Assembly (NCBI RefSeq): GCF_035594765.1
Contig: NC_085841.1
Span: 250,252,689-250,316,688 of the forward strand
From: Anolis carolinensis
Lineage: Eukaryota
DNA length: 64,000 nucleotides
Direction of reading: 5' to 3'
Positions 40,065-52,001 of this stretch are shown here, piece after piece. Numbering within the stretch: the first letter of the stretch is position 1; each line of letters begins with the position of its first letter. Both the position numbers and the translations under genes were made by a program. The notes under the pieces are model-generated. The model saw only the letters and a program-made list of their open reading frames with translations, searched no databases and had not been told where the DNA came from.

Positions 40065-42820
40065 ATAGACTTAGACTGGATCACACTTTTGGTTCTTTGT
40101 GAATTAAGGTTATAGTTATGTCTGATACGCCATAATACGCATCCTTTTGAGAGACCAGCATCAGTCTGTGGTGAGTGACTCAACCTTTATAGGTCTCCCA
40201 TTTAGCAGAGCACTTAAAACAAAGGAGAATGTGGGTGGCTCTGTTGCCAAAAGTAGAATGGCAAAAGCAGGAACAAGCTAATATTCTCGCTTGCTGTGCA
40301 AATGTCAGGCTCCTCATACCCTCATGCTCAGTTCAGAGGTGGATGAGTTTATCTTCTGAATGCAAAAACAAAAAAGAATTATTTTGAGAGCAGAAATTGT
40401 TTTTCTTGAAAACCAAGAAAGAATTTAGATCACAGCAATGAGGTCAAATTGTTCCCTGGGTGACAAGTGCACAGTATAAAAGAAAGGCAATATGCTTGTC
40501 CTAGATGTGGGTCTTTGTGACTACTGATTTGTGACTGCAGGTATGTTACTGCTGATGTGAGTGGTTGTTATGTGGGATACATCCGGTTGTACTTGGCATT
40601 AACATATTCCAGACTTATTAGGTTTGCTAGTCAAACAGTGGGAATTTCTGCTATATCAAGTGTTAAAGAGGGTTGATTAGTATGTTATGGCTTGTTTGTC
40701 TTATACACCTAAGTTTTTCCTTTGTATATGTTGTATATGTTTCACAGATAAGATAGGATGACCGAGTGGTCTCCATCTTTTTAGGGAGACAATGAAATGC
40801 TACTAGGGAGATACTAAGGTGACAGGGAATAGTTATATGGAATAGGTGCCGCTACAAAAGAAGAGAGAAATATGAAAGATGAAACAATATTTTCTTCTGC
40901 ATTTATGAGAAATTCTCAGATGAATATAGGTGAGATAATCTGGTAGTAGCACACAAACCAACATGTTGGTTAGAAAGACAGGAATGAAGAAGAGACCAGA
41001 AACAGCATCAGTATAAGGATTCATAGGAGTCTCCATTCATATGCTCCCTTGATCATAAAAACCCATGCTTATAAAAACGTATGTGCTATTAAAAAGATGA
41101 TGTCAGCCAGCATTTCCACCCTAAATCCATAAAACACCCAACATTTTGATGGCTGATCTGAACTTCAGAGCATATGGAAAACTGAGTAGTTCTGAGAGAC
41201 AGCACTTACTGGTGGTGGCATTCACATTGATGGTTAGAGAACCTCCTCATTATGAAAGTTGCCAGTTAGCCCAGAGCAAGCCTCATCCATTTTGAACAAA
41301 ATGGCAAATTCATGAGTTTAAAATAAACATACGATTATTCCTCTGTATCTCTTTCTCACAGGAAAGGAACACAAAAGTGCCCTTTGGGGCAAGGGACTGA
41401 GAATTCCTAATGCTTTGTTCCAAAAAAAAGTATACATTTGCCAGGTTGGCATTAAGAATGCATAAAAAGGAATCGACTTGTTTTGAGAAGTAGTTGGCAG
41501 TGCTGCATTTTCAACCACACAATTGGGATACTTGTGCCCTGAGGCATATACTCTCTACTTTTGAGCATTGGAGTTTTAATTAACAGTGTTTTGCTGTTTT
41601 ATGAGCTGTGGCTCTTTAAAGATCATTATAGCTAGCTTTAATTAATTTGGCTTCACTATGGCTTTATGAAAGAACTCAAAGTATAGTGCACATACCTTAA
41701 ATACTAATGCGCTAAATGGTGAGAGATTTTTCAACCAGACCTTGTTCCCACAGGAAGTCCTAGAGTAAACAACTCATGAGTTGCTGTTGGTTTGAACCTA
41801 GGAGCTAACTCATGGTATCGGGAAATATATTGTCCTTGGATTTAGATGTCAGATTCAAGTCTTAGACACTGATAATCTTACTATGTAATTTCACAGCTTC
41901 AGATATAATCTATAAATAATAGTTGGGGAGAAATACTGCATAGTAAAAGAAGCATGATTTTCTGGAATTGTTATTCTTAAATAACCAAAATAGCAACCAC
42001 CATCACTAATACCCTACTCCAACAAAAGGAAGAAATGGTTGTATTTGAAGGCACTCCCAAGAGTTTAAAAAATAGGAACACAAACACATCATAGGAAGCA
42101 GTTACTATGTTCTGTAGACATGTAATTCAGATTACATGGGTTTCTAACTAATGAAAACCCGGATGTAGGAGGAGGGAAAGGATTGGTGCTCCATTGTAGA
42201 AAGCACTGTTGATAGGTAGGTTGTTGCAAATCCCAGTTTTAAGAATTGTGAAACACACCAGTGCTTGTATACCTGAATAATGTGTTCTTTGCTGTTTGTG
42301 TCATTACTTTAGTGGTGGGGAAAAATAGAAGTGTGCAATAAAATTAGATCATTGGCTAGTCTGCCTAGGTTTTTGTGTGACACTTCTGTATGGAACATGA
42401 CTGGCAAATGATTCCATATTCCACATTGCAGAGTCCTTGTTATGGTAACATCTTCTGTAGTTTCATGAACAGGAGTAAAATCTCTGAATCAGAACTACAG
42501 GTCAATAGGTACAGGTGTATTAATTAGACTTCAAGAAAGCAGTAGAAAGGGTGGCAAAATTGAAGTTGGAAAGTTTTCATTTTATCTTCAGGTGGTTTAT
42601 GAGGTAGCATATACATATTTGATGTATTAGATTAATCTCAGAACAATGAAATCTAGTTCTCCATTTGAGATTATAGATTTATTCCTCCTCCCCCCCCCCT
42701 TCACACATATATACATCTTGAAATCTGAAACGCTTCACCATGAAGCTTAAAAGGGTCCTTTATAGAAGGAAAGTTGAAATAAGGAAACAAGAAACAAGCA
42801 AGCAATGGATTGTCTTCCCT

Positions 42821-43070
42821 CGTGTCAGGAACAACTTGAGTAACTGCAAGTCGCTTCTGGTGTGAGAGAATTGGCCGTCTGCAAGGACGTTGCCCAGGGG
42901 ACGTCTGGATGTTTTTAATGTTTTTACCATCCTTATGGGAGGCTTCTCTCATTTCCCCGCATGGAGCTGGAGCTGATAGAGGGAGCTCATCCACACTCTC
43001 CCCGGGTTGGATTCAAATCTGGCAGCCTTCAAGTCACAAGCCTTTAACCCACTATGCCACCAGGGGCTCC
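42821..43070 (-). mobile_element. tRNA-derived SINE of a second family (Anolis SINE2-like)
   Basis: Head resembles the Sauria SINE (ggagcccctggtggc...gggttaaa); different body; 3' end ctcaagttgttcctgacacg. A short fragment also occurs at ~11331-11360. Confidence 0.75.
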
Positions 43071-44525
43071 ACGTCCTCTCAGTACAACATAGTAAACTAT
43101 TTAACGCTAAGATTATCATTTCTTCTTCCCTCTCCTTTACTGATGAGTCCTGAGATTTTTGTAATTTTTTAGTTAATCTCAGAAAGTTATTATCACATTA
43201 TGAACTTTGATGTTTGCTTCATGGTAAACATAACATTCCTTGCAAATTATGAAACAATTACTGCAAACATGCAACATGTCTGCATGTGTGTTGGCCTTTA
43301 AATTTAATTGATGAATGGTATTACAGCTGGATGAGTGTAACATTTTCTTTAGAGTTCATATATTTAAAGTACTTAAAACAGATCCTACATTTCCATTAAT
43401 TGAAGTCATTTCATGATGAAACAGCACACAACAATGAGTAGTCTGAATCGTATTGTTACTCTTAACTGGAGTAGCACAATTGAATTTATCTCTGAGTTGA
43501 CTGAATATTTAATAATTAATTTAACGGGTCTACTCCAGTTTGTATTAACCAACAGGATTTCATCAAAAAGAACAAGCTGCAGGATAATATTTAGCTTGTA
43601 ATAAAAGTGTCAGGTACCATTGATAATATTGAATGACAGACATAATATAGAAAATTACAATCCTTTACTTGTAATGTTCAACATATTTTCATTAGGGATT
43701 TGAATAAATTGATGTTCTAGTCATATACCTAAAGCTATATATAGTAGTAACATTTACCAATCTGAATGAGACAAAAAGGATATTTTCCTTGTATGCAGTC
43801 TAAATGGATATCGCCATCTATGGAAGTACTATGACTTAATTAGGTCATGGCATACTTGTTTTCTGTGATAAAATAACATAATATGCAAAACAGTGATACA
43901 TTTATTAGCCATTCAGAATGCACAATATACATCCTGAAAGCTTTTGAAGCTTCACTTGTTTCTTGATCAAGCAGACATATTAGCAATACTTCAGGAGAAG
44001 AAAAGTGACCATGTTGTTTTCTGTTAAGTTCCCTTGTTTATTAACCAAAGGAATAACAATCATACTGTGGGGTAAAATAACCTTTAAGGCAACCAGAGTT
44101 CTCTTTAATCTGTTTTATTTCTAACAGTTCAGAGCTCACAAAAAGCTAGTTTAAGGTTGCATGCAAACCCAACAGATAGGCGTTAACTTTCAAGTTCATT
44201 TTGTTTGAAATAACCCAACTTCATGACCCATGGTTTCTTTTATTCAATTAATAGTTAAAATTAGGCACGGTTTGGTGGTTTAATTCTGGTTAATTAGAAA
44301 ATGAAGGGGGAAAGGCTTCCACATTCTTTGTGCTGATACCAGTGTAGCCTGAGCAGCATGAGCTTGAGAAACTGCAGTTTATTCCCACATTGTTTTATTG
44401 TTATTCTCATCCATATTGGGATAGAAAAGAGTTCTACATTTTTTAATTTGTATCAATTTCTGCTTTGGGATTTTGTATATGTGCTTGCAAATAAAAGTTG
44501 AAATGTTATTTTCTTCACTCTTCAG

Positions 44526-44656
44526 TCCTCAGGCACCACCTCCACCTGAACCAACCTGGGAAGAACGGCAAACAAGTGTTACCCATCTCGCAGGTGAAGA
44601 CTTCAGGGAATCTTTGAAGAAAAAGAAGCATGCACTTGTGATGTTCTATGCCCCAT
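44526..44656 (+). CDS. PDIA5: PDIA5 coding exon (131 bp), start of the last thioredoxin domain
   Basis: Acceptor cttcactcttcAG, donor GTaagt. Reads (N)PQAPPPPEPTWEERQTSVTHLAGEDFRESLKKKKHALVMFYAP(W); visible within ORF 44473..44664. Confidence 0.97.
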
Positions 44657-45772
44657 GTAAGTAGATGTTTGCTTTTCATGCAGACATTTCTCATCTGTTG
44701 GACAAGAAAATTAGACCTGAATGCATTCTCCTAAATAAGTGGCACTAGTGTTAAAGCATATCCCTTGTTTCAGGATGTCCCAGGCTCATTTTCTGGCATT
44801 TCTAATAGCAGGGCTGGGACGGAAATCTGTCTGAGACCCTGACAGATGTGGCCCAATGCAATACGATATCCTGGGCAGGAGAGACCAGGTGACCCCTTAA
44901 TCTGTTGCATTACAAATAGGGAATCACCTTGTGACACCTCAAAAACCTAACAAATCAATTTGTGCATGAGCACCATGGACTACACATTACGACCATGCAA
45001 GTGACCCTTGCATTTTCTCTGAGAAGCTATATATATGTATTTAGAGTAAGGTGAAGGAGAAATTAGCAGAAGGAAGAACATTTGGGTGGGGTAAAGGAGG
45101 AGGCAGAAGGAAGAACATCTTAATCCTGTGAGTAAAAGCTGTTAAAATAATTTTCCATATATACTCATGTATAAGTCAATCTCATGTATAAACTGAGTGA
45201 AGGTTTTGGTGACAAAATTATGGAGTTTGATATCACCGGTGGATAAATCAAGGGTTATCCCAGAGATTGAGGAAAGCATCATCATGCTTCTGGGAGCCAG
45301 CCGCCCTTATCTGCCATCACTACTGCCATTTTCCCACCTAGACATCTAAAAAGGCCAGATGCAGTGCCATGGTGGAGAGGGAAGAGGGGTCAGTACATTT
45401 TTTTAAAATTCTTCTAGGATAGACTAAGCTTTTGCCTTTCACCACATTTTCAGATAAGGTAGTTTAGTGAGGCACCGGCATTCTTAAGACCTTGCAAAAC
45501 TGAAGCTCCCATGATTCCACAGTGTTGAGCAATGTGAAGTCCTGTGAAACTGCATTAATTCTAGAAATGAAGATCGGTACTGGGGTCTGTCACTTGTTGT
45601 CTACCTGGGAAGCCCAGTTCTCTGCAGAGCCTAGCAAAGTTACTTTTCCAGACCCGTTCTCTGTGAGCCTCTTAAAACTGGTTTTCTGAGGTTGGCATCT
45701 CAGTTGCTCTTTCTTCATTTCCTAATAATCAGAGAGAGAAAATAAAGTGCGGATGGAATAACATTGTAGGTA

Positions 45773-46080
45773 CAGTAGAGTCTCACTTATCCAACATAAA
45801 CGGGCTGGCAGAATGTTGGATAAGCGAATATGTTGGATAATAAGGAGGCACTAAGGAAAAGCCTATTAAACATCAAATTAGGTTATGATTTTACAAATTA
45901 AGCACCAAAACATCATGTTATACAACAAATTTGACAGAAAAAGTAGTTCAATACGCAGTAATGCTATGTAGTAATTACTGTATTTACGAATTTAGCACCA
46001 AAATATCACAATGTATTGAAAACATTGACTACAAAAATGCGTTGGATAATCCAGAACGTTGGATAAGTGAGACTCTAATT
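45773..46080. mobile_element. Tc1/mariner MITE
   Basis: TA-cagtagagtctcacttatccaac...ggataagtgagactcta. Confidence 0.9.
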
Positions 46081-46084
46081 ATAA

Positions 46085-46422
46085 TTCTTTGAGTGGTCAT
46101 CTGTGAATTTTGCACATCCCACCATCCTCCCTGCTTCTGTCATGCTTTGGTTCACAGCTGCTGCGTTACATGTAAGCAACCCTTCTTCTTCATGGTCTCT
46201 GTGAAATACGCACCTGTGGTAGATTAACAAGCTGTCCCCATGATCTACAGCCCCTCCTCTCTGGCTATATCTTCTGAGACGGTGGGCGGGGCTGTAGCTC
46301 TATAATGACAAGAGCTTTCTAGAGGAGTTCTGACTCAGCTGCGTGGATGTAGAAAACTACCACAGGTGCAAATTTCACAGACGACCAAAGAAACATGGTT
46401 GTGGGTAAGCAACCCTTCCTTC
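46085..46422. mobile_element. Probable DIRS-type tyrosine-recombinase retrotransposon terminal relic
   Basis: tggtc(a)tctgtgaa occurs twice forward (~46094, ~46193) and once inverted (ttcacagacgacca, ~46374). gtaagcaacccttc.ttctt is a direct repeat (~46172, ~46405). Confidence 0.5.
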
Positions 46423-46948
46423 TTGCCGTAATTATATCTTAAAATGCAGAAGAGTCTGGTTTAGTATTAATAGACTTGTTAGCATGTTCTCACCTGTGTG
46501 TTGGCACAATAATATTGGCAGCATTTGGTCCAGAAGGGAAGTAATTGAATTCTAGTGATCGTACAGGTAATTTTTCTATGAAATGGAAATGGTTTACTCC
46601 CTATGCGGATAGTGATATTTGGATATAAACTTTTTCAGTTCTTTAAAATACGTCATTTGGATTTTTTTCTTCTGTCTCAAATGGTGCTTTACACCCATAA
46701 GTAAATCTTAGAACTACAGCAGATGTTTTTTTTTTCTGTTAATGCAAAAATGAGATCCTAAAATGCTTGGGAAAGTCTTTAGTTATAATTTTCTATCAGT
46801 TTTATTGATAGAAATTAAGGAATACTACTTACATTGACTCATGGATGAGTTAACGCAGGGGGTCAATTTATTTACTGAAATGTTCAGACTTATGCATTGA
46901 GTGTATTGGGGCAATTTAATTGAAAGTAATAAGTTAAAATAGTACATA

Positions 46949-47266
46949 TAGGTTGTGCATCCCTTGTCCCAAATGCTTTGGAGCAGAAGTGTTACGGATT
47001 TCTAAAAAGTTTTTGGTATACCTGTATTTGCATATGTTGTATATAATGAAATATCTTGGAGACAAGACCTGAGTCTAAAAATGAAATTTATGTGTGCATC
47101 TTTATTCACACAGCCTGCGATACTTTTAATAATTTTGTGGATGAAACTAGTTTGTGTACATTGAAGCTTCAAATTCAAAGATGTCTCAATCAATCAACTG
47201 CATAGACAATTTTGGATTTTGCAATATTTTGGGTTTCAGAATTTCTGATAAGGAATGCTCAACCTA
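46949..47266. mobile_element. Tigger-like MITE
   Basis: TIRs aggttgtgcatcccttgtc / gataaggaatgctcaacct; TA flanks. Confidence 0.7.
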
Positions 47267-47535
47267 TAATAAATAGAGCTTTGAAGATTTGAAAGCAAAA
47301 AGAGAAGATGCTGAATTCTAACATTTCATTTTAGAAGTCAAATTTGCTTTCCTTCACAATGTGAATTTTTCTACCAGGCAAAATTCATGAAGTGGGGGTG
47401 TATGTGAATATTTGGTGTTCATATTTTACATCTCCGCTTTTGTGTGTTGTTCAAGAAAGCTAGAAAAAAGTAATTAATGATAAAATGTGAAGAAGCATCA
47501 CTCCTCATTGGTAGCCTCATTAATCTTCTTGGTTT

Positions 47536-48330
47536 TCATAGAATCATAGAATAGTAGAGTTGGAAGAGACCTCATGGGCCTTCCAGTCCAACCCCCTGCT
47601 AAGAAGCAGGAAATCGCATTCAAAGCACCCCCGACAGGTGGCCATCCAGCCTCTGCTTAAAAGCCTCCAAAGAAGGAACCTCCACCACAGCCCGGGGGAG
47701 AGAGTTCCACTGTCGAACAGCTGTCACAGTGAGGAAGTTCTTCCTGATGTTCAGGTGGAATCTCCTTTCCTGTAGTTTGAAGCCATTGTTCCGTGTCCTA
47801 GTCTGCAGGGCAGCAGAAAACAAGCTCCCTCCCTCCTCCCTATGACTTCCCCTCACATATTTGTACATGGCTATCATGTCTCCTCTCAGTCTTCTCTTCT
47901 GCAGGCTAAACATGCCAAGCTCTTTAAGCCGCTCCTCATAGGGCTTGTTCTCCAGACCCTTAATCATTTTAGTCGCCCTCCTCTGGACGCTTTCCAGCTT
48001 GTCAACATCTCCCTTCAACTGCGGTGCCCAAAATTGGACACAGTATTCCAGGTGGTCTGACCAAGGCAGAATAGAGGAGGAGCATGACTTCCCTGGATCT
48101 AGACGCTATACCCCTATTGATGCAGGCCAGAATCCCGTTGGCTTTTTTAGCTGCCGCATCACATCGTTGGCTCATGTTTAACTTGTTGTCCACGACGACT
48201 CCAAGGTCTTTTTCGCACACACTGCTGTCAAGCCAGGCGTCTCCCATTCTGTATCTTTGATTTCCATTTTTTCTGCCGAAGTGAAGTATCTTGCATTTGT
48301 CCCTATTGAACTTCATTTTGTCAGTTTCGG
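47536..48330 (-). mobile_element. 5'-truncated CR1 LINE (RT C-terminus and 3' UTR)
   Basis: ORFs 48002..48382 and 47620..48018 (MKFNRDKCKILH...[16 protein letters not shown]...RRLRGDMI) are joined by one frameshift; (ATTCTATG)n tail. Confidence 0.95.
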
Positions 48331-51300
48331 CATTCCTATTTGTTTTCAAGCATGTACAAAACTGTAACTTCTTTGCCTGCACAAAATGAAAATCTCCCTA
48401 TTTCAGTTTTAATCTGGAAATTTGCTTAAGCTCAAGGTTCCTAATTAAAATCTTAAATATATAATGTCACTATATAACTATTGAACAGTTTTAATTTCCG
48501 TGAGATTCTGGATTCCATGACCCGTTTAATCCTTGGTGTGTTTGATCCCAAATTCTTTTTCTGACCATATAGTTTCATTGACTTCTAAAGGTTACATTAG
48601 CGATACTTCATGTAATCTGATTTAATTATGTTTTGATTCAATCATATGCACCGATAGCTATGTGAACATGTGTTCTCTGGATTCTCATTCTGGTACACCT
48701 GCTCACAACACTCTTCTGTGTGTCTGTCCTTAATTCCGGTAAAACTGTTGTGAAGAGAAAGTGTTCGACTCATTATCAGCTTTGCCAGGAAAAAGAGCAG
48801 TCATCAGAATTGAGCCTTGAAAAAGGTGATGCTATTGGTGAAATATGCTTTTTCACACCTTTGAGATAAAAGGATTTCTGATCCACATTTAGTAATGAAT
48901 ATGCTTCTAATTAAGTGTCATGAGAAACGCCATGATTAATGTATTTGCTCTTGTCATTGTACTGTTATGATTTCCTGTGTTCAGGAGGCTCTGCATCTTC
49001 AGTCCCTTATCAGATAACTGAGAGAGTTTGTGGTATCTTTGATATGTAATGCACTCCTAGACACCAGTCTCTTTCTTAATCAAGCGCTCTAGGAAGCAGC
49101 TCCTGAATATTTTAAATCTTGATTTGTAGTGAAATAATTATTAGAGAAACAGAACAAGAACAAATCACTGTGTATTGAGAGTGTTCCCTTTCTGCACCGG
49201 TAATGTGCCTTCTGTTAAATTTGATCGATTATCTTTGTTTATCGCTTTCTCAATCATAGGACCTCTCAAGGTTTTTATACCCACCAATTACTGCTAACTT
49301 GCTTATTTTAGTGCAGAAGGAGAACCACTGAGATTGGCAGGATGCTTTAGTTCAAATAATTTTCTTGCTCTATTCAGAGCCACATCCCCAATTTGTGGTG
49401 TTTCTCAATCAAAGCCACTTTAGCGGTGTCCAAGAAATAACCGAAATCATCTTCCATGACTAGGGTTGCTTTTTGGATAGTTTGGTCCAGCTACTTGATG
49501 CCTTCTAAAAACCTTCAGTTTCGTTAAGCTAAGAATATGTGCAGATGTTACTGCATCCAACATGTCTTGTGTGACATCTAAAGTTGAAGGCAATTACTTC
49601 TTAATAAAATTAAACCTTTTTAAAAATCATAGGAGCAGCTTGAGCAATATTTTGTCACAAGTTTCAAAGCTGAGTATTTCAGATCATAGTTTTGACTATT
49701 TTGGAACTGTTTACACTGGCCACTTAAGTCGGTGTGAAACCAGCAGAGAAGGAAGCAGTTTTGTTTGTTTGGAACTGGTTCAAGGCCTGGATGGTGTTTG
49801 CATGCATTGCTGAGGCATCCAGTTCCAGGATCCCCAGTATCGGTGACTTGATGGTGAAGGTGCAGGTTTTTTCCAACTCTTCCCCATACTGCACTCTGTC
49901 CCTTAATCACTTTTTCCATGCGACATTAAGGACTTTGCTTATCCTGGTTTAAAGGTGGTAAAGCTCACTGCAGTGCACATTCGTGGCATGCATTATATAG
50001 CCACCGTGCTGCCAAGCTGCCTTCAAACAGCATGAAATGGTCCATGTAGATATTACCTTCATCTCTCAACATTGTGCTTTTTCAGACTCTTTTTATATTG
50101 GTAAACTCAACTGCCCTCCTTATATTTTAAGCTCTAAGACCTCACAGATGCTTTTCAAGGCACTTTATAGTGTCTTTTAAAACAAACACACCCAGCTCAA
50201 ATGTCTGTGTCTATCCTTACATGGAGTCCCCTAGATTTATATAGTTCTTAAAAAGTGCACTCCCTCATTTTTGGTGGGACCGTTTTGCTTCCACACATAT
50301 AGGCAGTCAGCCATTTGAGTGTGTCATTTAGGGGAATTACATCATCAAATACATGCTATAAATCTGAATTTTAATTTCATTTGCTTACATAATATCAGGC
50401 ATGGAGTGGAAGTTGCAGTTATGTTTCTGATCTCCTTTCACAGAGATTCTTCAGGAATTGAAAATGCACATAGGTGCGTAAGTGCTTAATTAGGCGAAGG
50501 AAGTATCTGTCAATACAAGACAAATTTCTCATGTATGTTTGTACCTTTAATTCACACACTTAGAAGCTGCTTTCCACAGCCATAAAGCGTACTCTGGAAT
50601 GTATCTGAAGTTGTTGTTGTTGTTTCCTAATATTGCATGGCATTGTTAAAAAAATCAATGAAGCCAGCTTCTACCTAAATGCTTCTATGTAGCTCATTTC
50701 CTAGGAGTAGATGATGATGTCCATACTATAAACAACATTAAGAGTAATTCATCATACACCACTTCTGGCTTGGCTAGGGAAATATTTTCCTCTTGAGAGA
50801 GGAATGCTTCCATCAATGTCATGCCAGGCCTAGTACCAGACACCATCAGGTCTTCTGGCAGGGAAAAACTCAGGTTGGCTTAAAACCAGAAGTTAGAGCT
50901 TTCAGTCTTTTTCTTGAAGCTCTGTTACATGTAGAGAGGAAGCAAGAGATACAGAAGAGATATGCAACAGCAGACGACTTGAGCTGTTCATGTCTTTAAC
51001 ACTAAATGCTCTTATTAGGAATCCAGAGTGATCAGTAAAGCAGAGCACAATGGAGATTTTTTCTCTTCAAAATTTTTCAGACAACGATTTTATTATACAT
51101 TGGATTTTGTTAAATCTGATGAAAGATTTCTGAGAGGTTTTTAGCAGATAGAAAAAAAACTTTATATTTTAACTTTTTAATTAATAATATCATGTAGGTA
51201 TAAATAAAAAGCAAATCATAAAACAAAGATTTGTCTTTCTTCCTAAGCAGTATCACAATTGACAGTGTTGTTTATCAACTTTTTCAAATGGCTTTATTCA

Positions 51301-51464
51301 AGTCTGTGTAGAATAGCACCTGAAATTGAAGTTACTGATGGATGGTTTATAACAGAATGCTAGTATCCATTTTGACCTACAAATCATATCAGAAAACAGC
51401 AGCTGGACTGAAATTATAATAGCTGCCTTATGTGATGGCTTCTGCCATTACCTTTTATATAGTG

Positions 51465-52001
51465 ATAGCTGTGCCCGGCCACGCGTTGCTGTGGCGTTGT
51501 CTGGTAGTGTTGGTGAGAAATTGTTGAGGTGGTGGTGGTATTGAATGTCTGTTGTATGGTTGTCTTTATGTTTAGTATGCACACTGAAGTGGATTATATG
51601 GCAGTGTGGAGTCAAGATAATCCAGTTCAAAGCAGATAATATAAGATTCTAAATGGGTTATATAGCTGTGTGGAAGTGCCTTGAGTCTACACTGCCATAT
51701 AATCCAGTTAAAATCTGATAATCTGTGGAAGAGGCATAAGTGAGGCCTAACTGCCTGTCCCCTGGGCTGAGTAGGTTGCTAGGAGACCAAGTGGGCGGAG
51801 CTTAGCCTTCAAACTGGCAGCAATTGGATAAAAACTATTATTCCTCTCCCTGTAATTAGGACTTTATTTTTCTTTTCTTTTTGTTGTATCAACCTAGAGC
51901 CATGAATGATGGGTTGTGTTGTCAAATTTCGAGGTTGGGGGGCTTGTAGTTTTGTTGTTTTGTCCGCTGCCCTGATGCCATCACTCTTTTATATATATAG
52001 A
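51465..52001 (-). mobile_element. Non-autonomous Helitron
   Basis: On the minus strand: 5' A|TCtatatatataaaa, and a 3' hairpin gccacagcaacgcgtggc followed by cacagCTA. The canonical CTAG-T end is degenerate. Confidence 0.78.

Noticed and set aside
44473-44664. 63-aa ORF as a standalone gene
   Set aside because: Only 44526-44656 is coding (a PDIA5 exon); the flanks are intronic.
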